From assembly GCA_964016885.1 (NCBI GenBank), contig OZ024747.1, forward strand, positions 14,880,001-14,944,000: a DNA stretch of 64,000 nucleotides. The letters are read 5' to 3'. Below the pieces are notes generated by a model that ran no database searches, was not told the DNA's origin, and was given only the letters and a program-made list of their open reading frames with translations. Source of the stretch: Eledone cirrhosa. Its lineage: Eukaryota. Position numbers and translations under genes: made by a program. Position 1 is the stretch's first letter, and every line of letters starts with the position of its first letter. Below are positions 57,649 to 64,000 of this stretch, one piece after another.

Positions 57649-60600
57649 CTACAGGCTGAGGTAGAGAAAAGGCCCATTCACACGGGCCATTCTCGCAACT
57701 TTCACCCACCTTTCATAAAACTGGTGGGGTGGAGCACCTCTCTCTCCATCCTGATCCTTCTTCCGAAATGGTATCGGAAGAAAAGAACCAGTTGTTGGCC
57801 AGAGAGAAAGGTGTCCGACCTCAGCCCTTTTAGACGCGTCCACCATAAAACCTCTTTTACCATGGCTATTACACAGAGGAAGACCGCCTCTCCTTCATTT
57901 TTGAAGGGGGAGGCGGCTTGATCGTTACAATGGACTCGGTGGTCAACCTAATTGGTCCCACCCGTGACATCAGTTGTTCGACATAGCCCCACAGATCGGC
58001 GAGGCCCGGGCAGTGTACCAATGCGTGCGCGACGGTTTCCTCGTCGCGCACGCATCTGGGACAGATCATTTTCGAGGGGTCCCTACCCGGGCGCCCGTGT
58101 CTGTATAGCTTATCCCGAACGGGCAGAGCCCCTCGGTAGCACTGCCAGGCCAAGGAGTTCTGGAAGTTGTCCATAGGTCCCGGGCCGAAAGTCCTACCGA
58201 ATAGGCTGGCCAGTTCGTCCTCCTCCATGCCTAGGGTTTCTCCGAAGGCGTCGTCGCACCTGCTAACCACCAGCCCTGTATAGAATGACGAGGTGGAGTC
58301 TCCACCGATAGCCGGGTCCGCCTGGGAGAGAGCCGTGAGCGCCTGGGCACACTCGGTGTGCCAGTCGCCCAGTTTTCTCGGTCTTTGCTTCACCCAGGAC
58401 TGCAGCTCGGTGAGCGAGACGAGCTTCGGAAAGGCTCGCCTCACAAACGGGGCCCACACCGGTTGACCGGTGAGGAATACCTGGAGGTGCCGTAGCCTGA
58501 ATGCGTGTTTACGCATTTTTAGCCACGGCATCGCCAGCCCTCTTTTTAAAGGGTGTTGACAGCAGATGGATCACCTCACCAGGGGAGACCTCTTCTTCCA
58601 AAGGAAGTGAAAGAGAGCACACTCCATTTTGGCGAGGATCTCACCCGGGCAAAGCAAGACAGTCAAGCGGTAATAGATGACGGACGCTATGTAAGCGTTC
58701 GCCACCTCCGCCCGACCTCTCAGGGATAGTATTCACTCGGCCCACTTCTGGGTCAGTGCAAGCACCCTATTCGTCACCTCACCCCAGTTTTTCTCCACCT
58801 GGAGGTCCGGTCCGAACCAGACCCCACGCAACTCCACCGGGCCTTCCGTCCACCGTCCGACGATACCGTCGGACGACATCGGTTTGCCTCTCCACTTGCC
58901 GAGTTGCAAAGCGACTGACTCGTCCCAGTTCAGTTTAGCCCCTGTCAACCTTTCGTACTCCTCCAGTAAGATGCCGATTGCCTCGATTTCCGCGGTGGTC
59001 GACACCATTACTGTTATGTCATCGGCGAAGGCCGACACCGCTTTGCGCAATCCCGGTTCCAAAGGGATGCCCTGCAACAACTCCAACTTCTGCAGTAGTG
59101 GCTCGAGACCCAATACATACAGAAGGGAGGAGAGAGGGCACCCCTGTTGGATGGAGCGGGTGGTTTCGAACGGCTCCGAGAGGTAGCCGTTCACCTTGAC
59201 TCTAGAGCAGATGCGGCTGCTATGCATGGCAGTGATCCTGCCCCTGAAAACGGGTCCGAAACCAGCACCGCTAGCACCTCATCCAGGTAACCAAGGTCCA
59301 CCGTATCGAAAGCTTTAGACTGATCTAAATTTATCAGGGCCCCACCAAAGCCGGGTTCGTTCCCACCCCTCTCTGTGATGTATCGCATGAGGTGGAGGTT
59401 GTCGTGGATGTATCTGGACGGGATAGCGCATGTCTGCGCATCTCCCACCAGTCCCTCCCACGACAAGCGCTAACCTCTTCGCTAACATCTTGGCCAAAAT
59501 CTTTAACTCTGCATTTAGCAGAGTTATGGGCCTAACATTACTAAAGTCATCCCCTTTGTTCTCGTCCTTCCTCACTAGCGAGACTACGCCCTTGGTCACA
59601 GAACAAGGAATGCTCCCGTTCTGTTGCCAGTTGCAGTAGACCGCCTCGAGGAGATCGGGGAACAAGTCCGGCATATTAATATATAGTTCATAGGGCAGAC
59701 CATCGTGGCCTGGAGATTTGCGTTTGCCGCATAGGCTCAGCACGTCCCCTATTTCAGCAGCTGAGATCGGCCCGTCGCAGCACCTTTTCAGAAAGACGCG
59801 GTAGGCCGTCGTGGTATGGACCGAAATCCACATACCCAACCGACCCCCCGCCCCTCCCGAACAATCGGGCAAAGTGCCTTTGAAAGGCCTCGCACATTTG
59901 CTTAGGTTCAAGGATCACCCGTCCACCTGGTCTCGCAAAGACCGGATAGTGAATCTAATCCCACTTTTGGCTTCTGTCACGCGGGCCCAGCTAACAGCCT
60001 TGGTCCCATCGTTTCCGAGAGCACGTATTTTGCTTCGGACAACGCAGCTTTCGTGTTTCGTGTCGAAGAACTGGCTCAAGGCCGTTCTCGACGCTTGCAC
60101 TCTGGCCACGTTTCTGCTTCTCATTGCCTCTTCAACATTAACTACCAACTCCCTTTCTTTCCTATTTCTATCTGAGGCTAACTCCTTACTAACTCCTATT
60201 GAAACTACTCTAATCTCTCTTTTCAGAGAGCCCCACCACCTGCTGTTGACGATGGCGCCCGTCAACCGCTCCTTAACTAAGGTTCTAATCTGGTCCCTGT
60301 AAGCTCTATTTGCCGGTAAGGACAAGTTGAGCTTCCAGTAACCGGATCCATGCCTATGCGTTCTATCAAGGTGGACTATGCAGGTCACTAACTTGTGGTC
60401 TGAATAGCCCACCATGTGCATTTCTGGACAACTTAAAAAGTCCCTATTCTTAATTCTAACTAAGAACCTATCTAGGTACGATCTAGATTGACCGCTATGG
60501 TTTGTCCAAGTCCAGGTTGGCACAGTCGGAAAATCTAGTCGATATCTATCGACCAGATCAAATCGGCTATTAACCCCTTGAGGTTGTTACACCCCCTCTA

Positions 60601-61030
60601 TAGGGACATGCCCCTACATAGTCGCAATGTGCATCTAGGATACCATTCCAGTCCCCCACTAAAAGCAAGGAGCGGGACGTCCCTAGAAAAGTCGCGTAAA
60701 CAGCGACCAGCCTAAAAGCTTCGCCTTCACCACTGCCAAGATCCAGAACCACTAGTCGACCCTCTGGGTCCAAGTGTACCGTCTGTGTAGCGAGACACAG
60801 ATATTTTTGCAGTAGAACGACAACCCCACCCCCACCTCCGGGCTGACAGAGAGATGCGTGCATCTCAAGTCATCGAAGGTGGAGGCTAGTTGTTGCACGC
60901 TGCTGATCCGGGCCTCGCAAATAACCATCAAATTTATACCTCGTGACCTGAGGTCATTTAGAAGTTTAGCTTGCTTCCAAGGTGAGCCCAGGTCACGCGC
61001 ATTTAGACAACCTACTCTTAACACAGCCAT
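57649..61030 (-). pseudogene. Tx1 ORF2 (AP endonuclease, RT, C-terminal CCHC), multiple frameshifts
   Basis: GCLNAR, GDWN, SYLDRF, SDH, GYWKLN, KSPGHDG, RPITLLN, LDQSKAFD, QGCPLS, FADD, CPRC…ETVAHALVHCP. Confidence 0.92.
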
Positions 61031-62759
61031 GTTGGTGGTAAAGAAAGAGGCATTTACCTCTCTGCGTCCCGGGGTCCGGGCTGTTCAGTTTCCATGGGGA
61101 TGGTGGAGGGGTTGTTGGGTAGGGTGGTAGTTTGTGGTGGTGTGGGGGTATTAGTGTGTGGTGGGGTTGGGGTATTTGGAGTTGTGTGGGTGTCTGAGGA
61201 GGGGGATGGTAACCTTTTAAGAGGACGCAGTTAAACGGTTTGTTACAGGGGGGTGCCACGTCCTCTTTATAAACGTTTTTTAAAGTTTGATAAAGGTTCA
61301 TGGGGACCTTTATCATTTTGAGGTGTGGAGAGTCATCCACTGTCTTAAAATTTGGCCCTTTGGTTTGCACCGAAGGGTTACTGTTTATTATATTGAGCAG
61401 TTTTTTTTGTTTTGTTTGTTGATGTAAGTGTACTGTAATGTTTTTTTTTCTTTTACGCTGTTAGTGTTGTGTAATGGAGAGGGGTGCTTTGTGTTGTTTT
61501 GGTTTCTTCTGTGTTTGTTTGGTTTCTGTTAGTGGTATGGTTCCTTTTTTTCCTTTTTACTGGTCGGAACGGCTCTTCTTCATCTTCGCTATGCTCCGAT
61601 GTAAGGAGGTTTTCGTCCGTGTTCGGGGGTAGGGGGATATTTTGTGGTAGTGTTGTGTTGGTGTGTGTATTTTTGATTGTTTTCTGTGTGGAGTGGGTGG
61701 GTGTGACTGTGATTTGTTTCGTGGTATTTTGTTTTTGTTGTTTTTTGTGGTGGTGATGCTGGAGGTGGTGTTGTTGGTTTTTGTTGTCCTTGTGGTGGTG
61801 ATGGTGGTGTATGTTGTTGTTTTTGTGGTGGTGGTGTTGGTTGTTTTTGTTGTTGTTGTGGTGTGTGTAGCAGTAGTTTTTTTTGTTGTTAGTAGAGGGC
61901 AGGCAGTCCTCCGGTGACCTCTGCCAGCGCAGTGGTAACATCCTGCCTTCCACCGTAATATTAATGAGGGTTCGACCATCCAGTAGTACTCGGTCGGGTA
62001 TTCCGGCGATTCTCTCTGGTGTCATCTGTATGAGAACCTCCAGACTTTTCCCCCCGAACAGTCCACTGGTGGACTCACCTGCTGATACTAGAATGTCCTT
62101 TTCTAGGTCCGTGAATCCTGTCAGGACGGACCAGATGTCTACTTCTGGCGTTGAGCTCTACATTCTTAATCTTTGTGTTCTTCTTCCTTTATATGTGGGG
62201 AAGAAGGTGTATTATGGTGACACTATATGTGCTACCGAGCATTGGTCATTCATTCGGACCATAATGCTGGCATAAAGCTTTCCTCTTTTAATGTCTTTCA
62301 GAACCAGCTCAATTTGTCTTTCTATCAATTGAGCTGGTTTTCTTGTTGCGTTGGATATAGTCCTGAAAGTTATAGTATTCCTATATGCCTGTTGACGAAC
62401 TTCTTCTGGGGAGTTGATCGTAAAAGAACCATCCTCCCCAAAAGATACGTATTTTCTGGCATTTAGTAAGTTTTTCTTATCGTTAGTAATGTCTATGGGT
62501 TTGTATTCGATCGTTTTTTTTTACCGTTTGGGCAAAAGAAATGTTGCTGTCTTTGTTGTTTTCGTTTCGTTCATTGTTGTTTGTTGTTGCAATGTTGCTG
62601 GTTTTATTAATTCCATTTGTTGTGGTATTTTTTTCCCTGTTATCTTTTTCAAAATTTGTGTTTTCACTCAAATTAACAGTGTTTTTTCCATTCGAGAGGA
62701 GGGGTAGTTCAACAGTTTGAATTGTTGTTCCCTCTTTCTCGCTTTTTTGGTGGGCATGG
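61031..62759 (-). pseudogene. Tx1 ORF1 (gag-like), frameshifted
   Basis: SFAQTVK motif; LINITVEGR shifting into CYHCAGRGHRRTACP zinc knuckle; Thr-rich tail. Start and end are approximate. Confidence 0.75.
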
Positions 62760-63294
62760 CGTTAGCTTGCAATATGGCTTCCTCGGTTTTAACGATATCA
62801 ATAAACATTTTAAATTAAAGAGTTTCACCCCAAAAGGGGCGAAAATATATTTACCCTACGTCTACAGTCCCAGACGAGGGGTTAGAGTCAACAATAATAA
62901 CAAAATTCAAATAACACACTCACAAATAACAAAGTAGTAATCCAAAATCGAAGAGCCGATGTGAAAGACGTCTACTATCAACGATAGACAGATAGATAGA
63001 TAGATAGATTCATTTATTCTATTTCTTGGAGAATATCAGGCAGCATTTGCTATGCGGATTCAGTTATGAATGATATGTATGTAATGTCTATATTTCTTAT
63101 GAATGGTATTAAATAACGACCTCTCCCGTTCTGAGATCAAATCCTGTAGGTGTCGACTTTGCATTTCTATCTTCTGACGTCACACAATAAAGTGACACTT
63201 GTGTACAATAGACGTTGTCATCCAGTTCCACATTCCCAGATTTCTGATTTTGTTCCAAGGGTTAAAATAGTACTTGGTTCGCCAGTCTCTCAGG

Positions 63295-63506
63295 GAGAGA
63301 CTGGCGAACCAAGTACTTAAATGGAACCCACAGGGAAGCAGACAGAGAGGGCGACCAAAAATGAACTGGCGCCAGACAGTTGAGAGGGACCTGCGAGCGA
63401 CAAACAGACAATGGCGGGACGCTGTGCAACTGGCTGCTGACCGAACGCGGTGGAACATTATGATTGCCTCATGCGTCGCAAGACGCGGGAGCTTCTGAGT
63501 CTGAGT
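63295..63506 (+). pseudogene. RTE LINE 3' end
   Basis: QVLKWNPQGSRQRGRPKMNWRQTVERDL…AADRTRW…* followed by a (CTGAGT)2 tail. Confidence 0.85.
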
Positions 63507-63562
63507 TAAAATAGATATTTCCCTTCAATATTATTATCATTAAATCAGTATGTACAGATACA

Positions 63563-63629
<67 letters not shown>

Positions 63630-63733
63630 ACATACATACACACATGCATACATGCATACATACATACATACATATATATATATATAATTTTAGTAAGTAA
63701 GTTAATTTTTTTAAAATTTTCTAATTTTACGTC

Positions 63734-63782
<49 letters not shown>

Positions 63783-63887
63783 TATGCAGAGGCTATATTT
63801 AGTTTGTTTGGATTCAACAAGCTTAAAAGTGTTTATAACTGAATTAAAGCACTCAACAATTTAGTGGAGTAAATATACAATATATTA

Positions 63888-64000
63888 ATTGTTTCTACTT
63901 TAGGCACAAGGTCAGCAATTACCCAGTACATTACTAGTACTTTATTTTATCGACCCCGTAAGGATGAAAGGCAAAGTTAACCTCGGCGGGATTTGAACTC
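63888..64000 (-). mobile_element. SINE S1 (runs off the window)
   Basis: Reverse complement of the S1 tail and body. Confidence 0.88.

Larger units (their letters stand above)
55871..62982 (-). mobile_element. L1/Tx1-type non-LTR retrotransposon, decayed composite
   Basis: 5' UTR, ORF1 with CCHC knuckle, ORF2 APE-RT-CCHC, a second partial ORF2, and a 3' UTR with AATAAA at 55877-55882. (GATA)n at both ends. Confidence 0.93.

Overview
This is AT-rich, repeat-saturated eukaryotic DNA with no host gene I can support. The SINE types and the very long (TA)n/(CA)n/(TACA)n arrays suggest an octopus or other cephalopod genome (inference). Almost all ORF-track entries are microsatellite translation artefacts. 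Recognisable content: (i) two Penelope-like retroelement (PLE) fold-back insertions, 20461-23198 (RT C-terminus plus GIY-YIG) and 24961-28230 (GIY-YIG C-terminus); (ii) a decayed ~7.1-kb L1/Tx1-type composite element on the minus strand (55871-62982), bordered by (GATA)n; (iii) RTE, CR1-group and mariner remnants; (iv) about 20 tRNA-derived SINE copies of two families. The main unexplained signal is roughly 20 type I hammerhead-ribozyme motifs (stem I-CTGANGA-stem II-GAAA-stem III-NTH-stem I'), intact, degenerate or half, from about 8 sequence families. Most lie in inverted pairs embedded in (TA)n arrays. Two families are attached to PLE coding sequence; the others are non-coding here (PLE ends or retrozyme-like units). 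Several inversion/truncation points fall inside hammerhead stem II. All motif calls were made by eye, and cleavage activity is untested.
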